DNA of 64,000 nucleotides from positions 1 through 64,000 of IMG/VR virus record IMGVR_UViG_3300017746_000001. One strand, given 5' to 3'. The notes beneath the pieces were generated by a model, which saw only the letters and a program-made list of their open reading frames with translations, searched no databases and had not been told where the DNA came from. The position numbers and the translations under genes were made by a program. This DNA comes from a virus. Positions 1 to 8,063 of this stretch are shown here, in pieces (the first letter of the stretch is position 1; every line of letters begins with the position of its first letter).

Positions 1-1
1 A

Positions 2-208
2 TGGGGGAGTGATCCTGCCTATGATAGATTGAGTGTTGCCGCACTAGGTTTAGGGTCGTACATACTATTTACACACTTATACAGCACTAAACAGCCTTTG
101 TCACAAAGAGATCAAAACAGAATTCGTAATTTCCTCCTACTCGGAGGCGCAGGTGCTTTAGCGACTGGAATGTTTCATGTAATTCCATATAATCTAAAAT
201 TGTTGTAG
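2..208 (+). CDS. Partial small membrane protein (5' end outside the window)
   Basis: Frame 2 is open from the window edge to TAG at 206-208 (WGSDPAYDRLSVAALGLGSYILF...FLLLGGAGALATGMFHV). It has two hydrophobic segments and is followed by the AGGTGAG RBS of the next gene. Confidence 0.6.
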   Translation, partial: WGSDPAYDRLSVAALGLGSYILFTHLYSTKQPLSQRDQNRIRNFLLLGGAGALATGMFHVIPYNLKLL

Positions 209-216
209 GTGAGAAA

Positions 217-444
217 ATGGAAAACTATCCCGCTAAATTCTATAATAAAGAAGATAATATTACACATATAGTGGGATATACTCTTGCTTTGGGTATACTT
301 GCTACTGGAGTCGTGGAAACGCTTCACGGATTTTATTCGTATTCGAAAGGCAATAAGACGAGTTTGTTACTTGGACCTGCAGTTTTTGTGGCAGGGGGCG
401 CACTTGCATATCTCTACTTGAAAGAAGCTAAGGTGATTTATTGA
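217..444 (+). CDS. Small two-TM membrane protein
   Basis: AGGTGA RBS upstream; two hydrophobic helices. Confidence 0.7.
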   Translation: MENYPAKFYNKEDNITHIVGYTLALGILATGVVETLHGFYSYSKGNKTSLLLGPAVFVAGGALAYLYLKEAKVIY

Positions 445-517
445 AACTTAGATTGTTAACAGATATAGTGGTGTGGAGAGTAGGCATGAGTTTACCAATG
501 GCAGGTGATGATTCATA

Positions 518-706
518 ATGAAGAGATTGTGGGCTGAACTACATTTGAGATATATTTGCCCTTCCTGTCCCATGCAGAAGCAAGCGAGCAGAGACATTAA
601 TGGAGAAGGGTCTTGTTACTGGAATACTCAATGGTCCAAAGGTAACTATGACATTCCCATGGTAATGGGCAGATGGTGGAATCCAAGCGATAGGAAATGG
701 AAATGA
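518..706 (+). CDS. Hypothetical Cys/Trp-rich small protein
   Basis: AGGTGA RBS upstream; CPSC motif. Confidence 0.45.
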   Translation: MKRLWAELHLRYICPSCPMQKQASRDINGEGSCYWNTQWSKGNYDIPMVMGRWWNPSDRKWK

Positions 707-715
707 AACTAAGAG

Positions 716-991
716 GTGAACTGTAAAATGAATCCAATCGATGTTGGCTATGGCCCTGTTCAATTTGAGAGATCTTTCAAATCAGTCCCTAAACCCCCAA
801 CCCCAAGTCTTGCAGGGTTGGGTTCTGGTCTTGGATATAATCCACCTAAAATGCTAGTAAATACTGCGGCGATAGGGTTAGTTGGTATTGGCGTTGCTGC
901 AGTAGTAATGGGCGACAAATCTCAAAGAAAAAGAAACGCAAAAATGGCTGCCGCTTTTGCTGCTGTAGCATTTTTCGCTATTTCATCTTGA
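716..991 (+). CDS. Small membrane protein with GLG motifs (putative virion protein)
   Basis: GAGGTGA at the 5' end, so the start may be ATG 728. AGLGSGLG precedes two TM segments. Confidence 0.7.
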   Translation: MNCKMNPIDVGYGPVQFERSFKSVPKPPTPSLAGLGSGLGYNPPKMLVNTAAIGLVGIGVAAVVMGDKSQRKRNAKMAAAFAAVAFFAISS

Positions 992-1600
992 TTTCTTGAT
1001 GAGTTTATCCACCATTTTCGAACTGATTTTACGCTTGTCGTCAAAGTGGTCTGAATTTCTCCACAAAGGCCATGTCCAGGATAACTCATCGACTACTGCC
1101 CCATGCCCTTTTCTCCTATCCACTTGCAGATGTAGTAGCTTCGCGTGAGCCCAATCAGTATCTTGATTACGATTAAAATAATCTGTAATGTAATCTAATG
1201 CGATATTTAGATCCGTTGTAACAGCCTCTATGCCCCAGTTAATGCCTTCTCTTTTCGTAGGGCAACTCTTCTTTGGACACCATACAGGAATATTGTGATT
1301 AAAGACAATGAATATGTCCTTGTATCTGCCTGTTAGTCTGTTCCAGAAAGACGGTTTTGATATTAAGTCAGGGTCCATGCCCATTAACATAGATTGCATT
1401 TCCTTCGCATGTTGGTCTTTCAGCCTCCTTATTTGTGCTTCATACCGATCTGCAACTGCTTGAGTCGCTTGTTGAAATGCCATCTCTTCTTCTAGATTTA
1501 CTAAGTGAGTTCCTGATTCATCCACTACTGGTAAAGTGTCTTTTTTGGCTGCGTTTCTAACCCTGGTTGAGTTAGTGCCTTTCTTGCCTTTTTCTGTCAT
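983..1600 (-). CDS. Hypothetical protein
   Basis: 205-aa ORF overlapping the upstream gene (ATGA coupling). Confidence 0.7.
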   Translation of the reverse strand: MTEKGKKGTNSTRVRNAAKKDTLPVVDESGTHLVNLEEEMAFQQATQAVADRYEAQIRRLKDQHAKEMQSMLMGMDPDLISKPSFWNRLTGRYKDIFIVFNHNIPVWCPKKSCPTKREGINWGIEAVTTDLNIALDYITDYFNRNQDTDWAHAKLLHLQVDRRKGHGAVVDELSWTWPLWRNSDHFDDKRKISSKMVDKLIKKSR

Positions 1601-2070
1601 AATTCATTCTCCCAGTCTTTTATTTCAATTGTTTTCCTAAATACATCGTGATTTGCCTTGCATACGCTACAACTGCCTTTGAAGGGTTGAGCGTTCTCAC
1701 AATGACCACACCAAAACATTCTTTTTACTTGATAATTAGGCATTTCGAACTCTTCCCATAGCATAGGTAATTTACTTATATTCCACTTTTCTCCTTTCCA
1801 ATCTTTTCCTTTTTTGTCTAGGTCTGAGGGAATCATGTATTCTGCATGACTTTTCTTTTCAAACGGACCCCATGCCATTTCTCTCTGTATCAAAATACCC
1901 AAAGGCGTGATTCTAAAATCTGAACCTTTTGACAATAAATCTATTGTTTCCTTAATAGTTTTCTTCGAGTATTCTTCTGGAAATTCTGTTTCGTTTTTTG
2001 AGGCTTTGCTTGAGTTCATAATGAACCATGCCGCGTTAGCCGTAAACGCTTGAAAGCCCTTCTTTTCCAT
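1597..2070 (-). CDS. Hypothetical protein with C-terminal Zn ribbon
   Basis: CGHC...CSVC. Confidence 0.7.
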   Translation of the reverse strand: MEKKGFQAFTANAAWFIMNSSKASKNETEFPEEYSKKTIKETIDLLSKGSDFRITPLGILIQREMAWGPFEKKSHAEYMIPSDLDKKGKDWKGEKWNISKLPMLWEEFEMPNYQVKRMFWCGHCENAQPFKGSCSVCKANHDVFRKTIEIKDWENEL

Positions 2071-2093
2071 CTAAATGCCCCATTATTGAAGAA

Positions 2094-2414
2094 TTATTCT
2101 TCTTCATTTGTAGTAAGGTCAACAGTTATTCCCAATCCGGTTTTAATGGCTTCAAGGGCTTCTGGGAAACTGTTTAAGAAACTAAGAATATCATCATTAA
2201 TTGCCTTCCTAGTTTCTCTGACCTTTTGCTTAATCAGAAGTTGAGTTAGATCCCAAGACTCTTGCATTACAATTGTTCTTGCTGTTTGAGAATCTAAGTT
2301 ATCAATCTGTAAAGCTCCACCCATTAGAGATTGCGTCATTTGTTGCAATTCTTTTTGCGTTAGAGTTACTTGTGCAGTTTCGGTGTTTTCATTTTCAGTT
2401 TCTTCGTTTGTCAT
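2094..2414 (-). CDS. Hypothetical acidic protein
   Basis: 106-aa ORF with a GAGGAGG RBS in the 3' end of the recombinase gene. Confidence 0.65.
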   Translation of the reverse strand: MTNEETENENTETAQVTLTQKELQQMTQSLMGGALQIDNLDSQTARTIVMQESWDLTQLLIKQKVRETRKAINDDILSFLNSFPEALEAIKTGLGITVDLTTNEEE

Positions 2415-2416
2415 GT

Positions 2417-3370
2417 TTATTCCTCCTCATCGCCCGCAGTCGCTTGAGATTCTGTACCACGGACATAGGAATTGTCGTTTAATTGTGACCACGATTTTAG
2501 GCGCTTCCACTCAAAATCTTTGACTGACTCATCACCATCAGCCACTTCTAAAAAATACGGAGCTACTACATCGAAACGACGATTATACATTCTCTCATCG
2601 TTATCGTTTGGGCCGTAAAGAGGAGGTTGTTGAAGTGCCTTTCCTGGTTCCGATATTGAACCTGCAATGTAAAGCGAGGCTCTACCTATGATGTTCCTTA
2701 CGGTACTTCTATTCCACACTAAACTGCCATTTCTAGTTCTATGCTGATTAATTACTAGGCTAGTAATTATCTTTGAAATGCCCCATCCTGCCGCAGTATC
2801 TTCTAAAATTTTTCTCACGATTTCGGCTTCTCTAGTCTCAGGCACTAAAAGACCAGGGGAGACTCTTGCCCCTTGAGTAGTGAAAGTATCGTCTATTTTG
2901 TACCCAAAAGGCGGAACACCAATCCATCTCCCACTTCTTTTTGCACCCTCTAATCCCATCTTTACACGGCTTGAAATTACTTCCCTTTCCATCTCTGCAA
3001 AGGCACCCATTACTTGTATGAAAAAGCGCCCCTGAGCAGTAGTAGTGTCCACTCTTTCTTCGGTTGAAACGAAGTCGCATTCTTTGGTTCTAAGGTCATC
3101 TAACCATAGAACCATGTTCCTCAAATTCCTGTGAATTCTGTCTAATTTGTATATGATTACGATCTTCCATTCTGTACCTGCGTTCTCCATCATTTCGATA
3201 TATCCTGGACGGTGTTCGAAGGCACTTCCTGAACCTGTGTCATGGTAGTGATTTACTACTTCATAGCCTTCAAATTCTGCCTGTTGCTTACATCTTCTAA
3301 GTTGTTCTTCTGGCGAATGGCCGTCTTCCTGATATTCTGTCGATATTCTAGTATATACTACTGCTTTCAT
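2417..3370 (-). CDS. Serine recombinase (resolvase catalytic domain plus recombinase-like DNA-binding region)
   Basis: Y-T-R-I-S-T catalytic Ser motif, DTGSG, RPG, KLDRIHR, FAEMERE..SRV..G, GxPPFGY and W.RSTVRNI. Confidence 0.92.
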   Translation of the reverse strand: MKAVVYTRISTEYQEDGHSPEEQLRRCKQQAEFEGYEVVNHYHDTGSGSAFEHRPGYIEMMENAGTEWKIVIIYKLDRIHRNLRNMVLWLDDLRTKECDFVSTEERVDTTTAQGRFFIQVMGAFAEMEREVISSRVKMGLEGAKRSGRWIGVPPFGYKIDDTFTTQGARVSPGLLVPETREAEIVRKILEDTAAGWGISKIITSLVINQHRTRNGSLVWNRSTVRNIIGRASLYIAGSISEPGKALQQPPLYGPNDNDERMYNRRFDVVAPYFLEVADGDESVKDFEWKRLKSWSQLNDNSYVRGTESQATAGDEEE

Positions 3371-3409
3371 CTTAAAATCCCCTTTTTGCGTTTTTTACCA
3401 AATATGCAT

Positions 3410-3865
3410 CAAATAGGGGGGGTTGAGGGCAATAATTGTCATTTTCTTACAACCCCCCATAAACTTCGTTTAGAACCATAAACGCGATGACTGTTTTTAC
3501 AAATGACATTAATGTTCTAATTCCTGCCATGGTTCCCATGCTGTCTAGTAACCTTCGTTCTAGCTTCCAGAACCAACTGCGATCATGTTTCATGGTTGAA
3601 CCTTGGAGGGGATAATGTCGTTTAACAGATGTGGTCGAATAATTAGTAAGGGGTTTATGCACCACAAACCCCCCTATGTAGGCACACATAACGCACAAAC
3701 CATGTGGTTCACCGCTTACAATTGGGGGGTTCACCCCTAAAATAGTATAATTTTTGTAAATCATTACTAATTGTTACTAATGTATGTAGTTGCATATTGT
3801 TGCACATTACGCAACTATAAGATATGGTTCTATGGTTATGCAATAACCATGCAAGCATAACAATA
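3410..3865. promoter_or_regulatory. Intergenic region rich in inverted repeats upstream of the recombinase (possible res/att site or origin)
   Basis: GGGGGGTTG (3417-3425) and CAACCCCCC (3450-3458); GGGGTTT/AAACCCC near 3651-3673; repeated GTTGCA/AACCAT words. Confidence 0.35.
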
Positions 3866-3978
3866 CTAAACGCTTAATTGACTATACTTATCCATTATAA
3901 CCAATGGACATCGTTGGTGCTTTGCTCTCGGCTTTAATTGCTGCAGTTTTGATAATCCTATGCATTTTCTTAATTATA

Positions 3979-4179
3979 CTAATTCTTGCTGTTGGTGCTG
4001 TCTGCATTTTTATCGGTGTTGTTTTTTTGGGATGGGTCAGGAATTCTATTATTTTCTGGAGCCACGAGACTTAGATCGTAAAGCAAACAATCTAGGCACG
4101 AATTATGCCTGGGGAGAATGGCTTCAAGTTGTCCACATTTAGGGCAATAGGTATTACATTCTGGTATAATCCAACTCAT
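3979..4179 (-). CDS. Small Zn-finger protein
   Basis: CPKC...CLDC; coupled to the upstream ORF. Confidence 0.55.
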   Translation of the reverse strand: MSWIIPECNTYCPKCGQLEAILPRHNSCLDCLLYDLSLVAPENNRIPDPSQKNNTDKNADSTNSKN

Positions 4180-4361
4180 GGACCAGCCTCTCCATCATAC
4201 ATCTCATGGTATTTGTCTATCCATTCTTTGTGATCCATCCAAATGCCATTTAGACCACAAGAGCCCCACCATGCACCGCAGGCTTTGACTCTACTACCAT
4301 CATCTCTTTCGAAATGCATCCATTTATCTGTAAGGCACCCCCTACAAACGAGTATTTTCAT
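4176..4361 (-). CDS. Small Cys-containing protein
   Basis: CRGC...CGAWWGSC; AGGAG RBS. Confidence 0.55.
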   Translation of the reverse strand: MKILVCRGCLTDKWMHFERDDGSRVKACGAWWGSCGLNGIWMDHKEWIDKYHEMYDGEAGP

Positions 4362-4371
4362 TGATATGCTC

Positions 4372-4671
4372 CTATGTAATTAAAAATGGAAATTCCAACA
4401 TTGTGATTAGTTGTTGCCTTTTTTCAGGGGCGGAAGATATGATTTTGAGTTTGTGTTCCGCAGGGATAGCTTCGCATACAGTAATTAAGTGCTGGACTCG
4501 GTTGCCGTACTTTACATCGTCTAGGCAATACTGACAAGGCCAAATTGTTCGGTTCATGGAAATCTTTGGGGGAGAAGTAAGTCTATGAATTGATTGGTCA
4601 AATACCCCTTCTTTTCCGTTCATTTCTGATTTTTTTCTTCTCTGCAATGTAACATTTTCCACACAAACCAC
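4372..4671 (-). CDS. Putative C2HC-type Zn-finger protein
   Basis: CQYC-x(11)-HLITVC; the true start may be downstream (ATG 4623). Confidence 0.5.
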   Translation of the reverse strand: MVCVENVTLQRRKKSEMNGKEGVFDQSIHRLTSPPKISMNRTIWPCQYCLDDVKYGNRVQHLITVCEAIPAEHKLKIISSAPEKRQQLITMLEFPFLIT

Positions 4672-4894
4672 CTAAGCCTGTCACACCTCTAGAACAAGAT
4701 CTAGGCTTCAACGAACCGCATTTGTTACAGGGCGTAGGCAAATTATCACTTCAATTACCTGTTGTTTTCATTTTCTATATGCCGTAAAGCATATTCTAGA
4801 GAGATTCTTTCACCGCATACTCCACAAGTGAGTGTTACCAAATTCCAATCCTCGTTACCGTCACATCGGCAACGAGTTTCGTGCATTTACTTAT

Positions 4895-5077
4895 TCACCT
4901 TGTATTCTTGTCAGATTGGACTTGCACACGAATGTCCTGTGCAGTACCTTTTAGGGTCTGCATAGCCTTTCGAACGCGAGTTCCAGCAGCAGAATTGCCC
5001 TTGTCGTGCTTTGCAGCATCGCTCTTGGCAGCAGTCAGTAGTTCAATCATTTCATCAACCTTAGTCTCTATAGACAT
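4895..5077 (-). CDS. Histone H1-like Hc1-family small DNA-binding protein
   Basis: 60 aa from ATG 5077 with KGNSAAGTRVRKAM, matching the KGNxAAGTRxRK signature of short Hc1-like proteins. Confidence 0.75.
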   Translation of the reverse strand: MSIETKVDEMIELLTAAKSDAAKHDKGNSAAGTRVRKAMQTLKGTAQDIRVQVQSDKNTR

Positions 5078-5100
5078 AAATAACCCTAAATGCTGTTGTC

Positions 5101-5562
5101 CTATAACTGTTCCTTGGTAAAAAGGGCGATTGGAGTACCATAAGGGGAGTTTCTGAATACGGAAAGGCCGTGATGCTCTATGATTCCTCCCTGACCCATT
5201 TTTGATTGCCAAATGTTTCTGCCTGGATATTTCTTATTCCTTTTGGCGGCATGAGTAACTTTGTAGCCATCACCTTCTTTTAGTGCAAAGAGAGCTACAT
5301 CGGCATTCATTTCACTACTTACAGGCCTATACCCATGTTTCTGATAATATGTTAAGAATTCACCCAAAGAGGATGTCCCATCATAGTTTAGATCTATTTC
5401 GTTCCACACCCACCTGTCAGATATTCCTAATGACCAGGCAATGCAATTGTAAGTATCATCAAAATCTGAAACCATGCTCATTTCGAGATGTGGGAAATCA
5501 TCCATGTAAATTTGCCACAAGGCAGGAGGGGTGCCAAATCCTAGGGGTTTTTTTGACCTCAC
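5101..5562 (-). CDS. Papain/NlpC-P60-like Cys-His hydrolase (putative peptidase)
   Basis: YNCIAWSLG, THAAK and WQSKMG motifs. Confidence 0.6.
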   Translation of the reverse strand: MRSKKPLGFGTPPALWQIYMDDFPHLEMSMVSDFDDTYNCIAWSLGISDRWVWNEIDLNYDGTSSLGEFLTYYQKHGYRPVSSEMNADVALFALKEGDGYKVTHAAKRNKKYPGRNIWQSKMGQGGIIEHHGLSVFRNSPYGTPIALFTKEQL

Positions 5563-5786
5563 AATAACACACTCCCGACTACCCCAAGAAGCATTAGGAA
5601 TTGAACGATTCGCCAGTTTAGTATCATTTCGTCTTTTCCTTTGTTAATTGTATCAAGAATCTTATCAACTATTTCATCAACCTTTTCTTCGGTTTCAGGA
5701 GATACATTGTGTTCAATCTTAGCAGGAATTTTGAACTGTAGAGTTTCTAGTAGGGTTGATTTTCGACTCATTCGGCCAACTCCCAA
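5559..5786 (-). CDS. Small protein with C-terminal TM helix
   Basis: C-terminal IVQFLMLLGVVGSVLL; likely start ATG 5771. Confidence 0.6.
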   Translation of the reverse strand: MGVGRMSRKSTLLETLQFKIPAKIEHNVSPETEEKVDEIVDKILDTINKGKDEMILNWRIVQFLMLLGVVGSVLL

Positions 5787-6127
5787 TCCATCTCTATTTC
5801 ATTCCACCTATACCTGTTCCCATCTTCTGGCATTTCAATAGGAGATTCCCAATTGCATGTGTCCTCGTTTAATAGCCAAGATAAATAGGGCCTTGGAGAG
5901 ATAAACGCATCTCTGTTTTTGTCATAAGTATAGCCTACGCCCGCGAACCTTTTTCTAAATGAGGCGCTATAACTTGTCTGAACCCATTCGCCACCTAGAT
6001 TTTTTTCTAGGAAGTTTTTGCCTAGTAGTTCGTTGTGTCTGCCGTCGGCATCTCTGATGTAATCATCATTTAATACAATTACACGCAATACGATTGATCT
6101 CCCATCTATTTCTGCAAAATGAGCCAT
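5768..6127 (-). CDS. Conserved viral fibre-associated protein (MAHFAE...WxQTSY...FRKxFAGxGYTYD type)
   Basis: Motif pattern commonly found next to Gly-rich fibre genes of aquatic viruses. Confidence 0.75.
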   Translation of the reverse strand: MAHFAEIDGRSIVLRVIVLNDDYIRDADGRHNELLGKNFLEKNLGGEWVQTSYSASFRKRFAGVGYTYDKNRDAFISPRPYLSWLLNEDTCNWESPIEMPEDGNRYRWNEIEMDWELAE

Positions 6128-6129
6128 AA

Positions 6130-7476
6130 TTACACTATCCTATATTTGATGATGACTGTCCCAGAACCGCCATTTCCGCCATCGCCTCTACCACTTGAGC
6201 CTGCACCACCGCCACCACCTGAATATTGACCGCCTGCCCCTCCATCCGAGCCACCAGAGGTCGTCTGAGTATTAGCAGTCGAACTTCCATCAGCACCGTT
6301 GTTTGTGCCGTCTTTTCCGCCTGCACCACCTGTTGATGAGCCTCTGTTAGATGCTCCGCCACCGCCACCGCCTTGACCTCCGTCCCCTGCAGCGCCACCA
6401 GTCCCATACCCAGAGCTTTCTGATTCTCCAGAACCGCCACCGCCACCGCCATAAGATTCGAATGTCCCAATGAAATTCAATTGGATTCCTTTTCCGCCAT
6501 GTCCGGAGGGGCCATCTTGACCGTCTTGGGCTGAACCTGCACCCCCTCCTCCTGATCTTGATGAAGAAGTGTCTCCGTGATTTCCTCCTTTGAATCCGTC
6601 ATTTACTATCATCCTCCATCCAGTTAGAGAACTTCCATCTTTTAGGCCAGATAATCCTTGAGCCCCTTGCCCTGGCTCTGGTTGACCACCACCGCCGCCA
6701 TTTGCTGCGCTGCCATCTGCGAAATCTAAAGGAGCATCAGAGGATTGGTCGCCAGTCTCTCCACCGCCACCACCGCCTCCAAACTTTGCTATTTCTTTGT
6801 GTGGGACATTTAATTCAGGCCATGCCCCTGCTAGATCTGCTTGTTGGACAACTGATGAGTTTGTACCTCTGGTGCCTTGAACAAATGGATATTCGCCTCC
6901 AGCACCCCCTCCACCAATAATTACTTGATAGGGTTCTGCGCTGAAAAGCCTTCTTTTCATGTGAACAACACCGCCACCGCCACCGCCGCCACCGCCGTCG
7001 GCTCCACCGCCGCCACCGCCGCCTACCATGAGAACATCAGCCCAACCTTGGGCTGTGACATCAAATATTGCCGTACCCGTAAATGTGTGAATTCTGTATT
7101 GAACACCGTTTTGTTCTGTGTATGTAGTTATATTTCCTCCTGTTGCCTGAATGTCGCTGACTGGAGGATCTTCTAAATGAAATCCTGAACCCAATACATG
7201 GATTACTTGATTTGCTGTTGGACTGACGATGTAAACCAATTTTGAATCTGAAACTTTCATACATAATCCTGAACCTCTTTTGAGAGGAAAACCTGTTGTT
7301 GAATTTACCTCTGAGTTCCCTATGAATACAACATCAGTATTGTCTCTGTCTGCTTGTACTTCTATGAAATCAACGGGGCCAGTCGATTCTAACGGCTGAC
7401 TGATGTTCGCCTCTTCGACTGTGGACTTGAATCGTATAATTTGGTTAGACAAATCTGCACCAATTACGAACTCCAT
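6130..7476 (-). CDS. Glycine-rich spike/fibre protein with N-terminal small beta domain
   Basis: YRIHTF, VGGGGGGG...GGGGGG and C-terminal GGSGTVIIKY. The N-terminal ~95 aa are paralogous to ORF 18992-19279. Confidence 0.8.
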   Translation of the reverse strand: MEFVIGADLSNQIIRFKSTVEEANISQPLESTGPVDFIEVQADRDNTDVVFIGNSEVNSTTGFPLKRGSGLCMKVSDSKLVYIVSPTANQVIHVLGSGFHLEDPPVSDIQATGGNITTYTEQNGVQYRIHTFTGTAIFDVTAQGWADVLMVGGGGGGGADGGGGGGGGGVVHMKRRLFSAEPYQVIIGGGGAGGEYPFVQGTRGTNSSVVQQADLAGAWPELNVPHKEIAKFGGGGGGGETGDQSSDAPLDFADGSAANGGGGGQPEPGQGAQGLSGLKDGSSLTGWRMIVNDGFKGGNHGDTSSSRSGGGGAGSAQDGQDGPSGHGGKGIQLNFIGTFESYGGGGGGSGESESSGYGTGGAAGDGGQGGGGGGASNRGSSTGGAGGKDGTNNGADGSSTANTQTTSGGSDGGAGGQYSGGGGGAGSSGRGDGGNGGSGTVIIKYRIV

Positions 7477-7489
7477 ACTTATTCCTCTC

Positions 7490-8059
7490 TCAATTGACCC
7501 ATTCCCAACCGTTTATGTCCGTAACATACGGTGAATACTTGTTAGTCAGTCTCGTTTGGTAGTTCGCTAGAGATTCTTCGTGAGTAAGCCATGTGTCGAA
7601 CCACGCAGCATCCCAACTACTTCCCTCTGGTATCTCCCAGGTGTTGATGTCTGCACAAATAACGGTGAATCGGTTATCTTTGGCACAATCAGCCCAAACC
7701 AAGTCGATAACATCTTGTTCCTTCTCGATTATCGTCACGCTTGTCACATCATCTGAAGCTAACAATGGAATGTTGATCATTCCAATTCCCAAACCTCCGA
7801 TGAGAATGTCTCCAGACATACGAGATACCAGCCAATCGTGTTCTGTGTATTCTGCTTCTGTGTCTTGCATTATGTTAACCCAGTTCGTACCCCAACTTCC
7901 AGAGTATTTTCTATACAGAACCGTGTAAGGGCCACCAGTCAAGCCCTTGTAGTCAACATAGGTGAGCCATGACTGTTCTCCTGTGGTTGTCGTGCAACTT
8001 TGTATCTTGTAGTCTCCGCTTTGCCCATCAAGGATTCCTGTTACTTCCCACCTACTCAT
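7490..8059 (-). CDS. Class I SAM-dependent methyltransferase-fold protein (spermidine-synthase-like)
   Basis: ILIGGLGIG, VTIIE...VIDLV, ICAD, WDAAWFDTW. Confidence 0.75.
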   Translation of the reverse strand: MSRWEVTGILDGQSGDYKIQSCTTTTGEQSWLTYVDYKGLTGGPYTVLYRKYSGSWGTNWVNIMQDTEAEYTEHDWLVSRMSGDILIGGLGIGMINIPLLASDDVTSVTIIEKEQDVIDLVWADCAKDNRFTVICADINTWEIPEGSSWDAAWFDTWLTHEESLANYQTRLTNKYSPYVTDINGWEWVN

Positions 8060-8063
8060 TCAA

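Noticed and set aside
3447-3764. 105-aa minus-strand ORF upstream of the recombinase
   Set aside because: No RBS or motif, and it overlaps a palindrome-rich region that is probably regulatory.
4895-5212. 105-aa version of the Hc1-like ORF
   Set aside because: The extension overlaps the upstream gene; the family-like sequence begins at ATG 5077.
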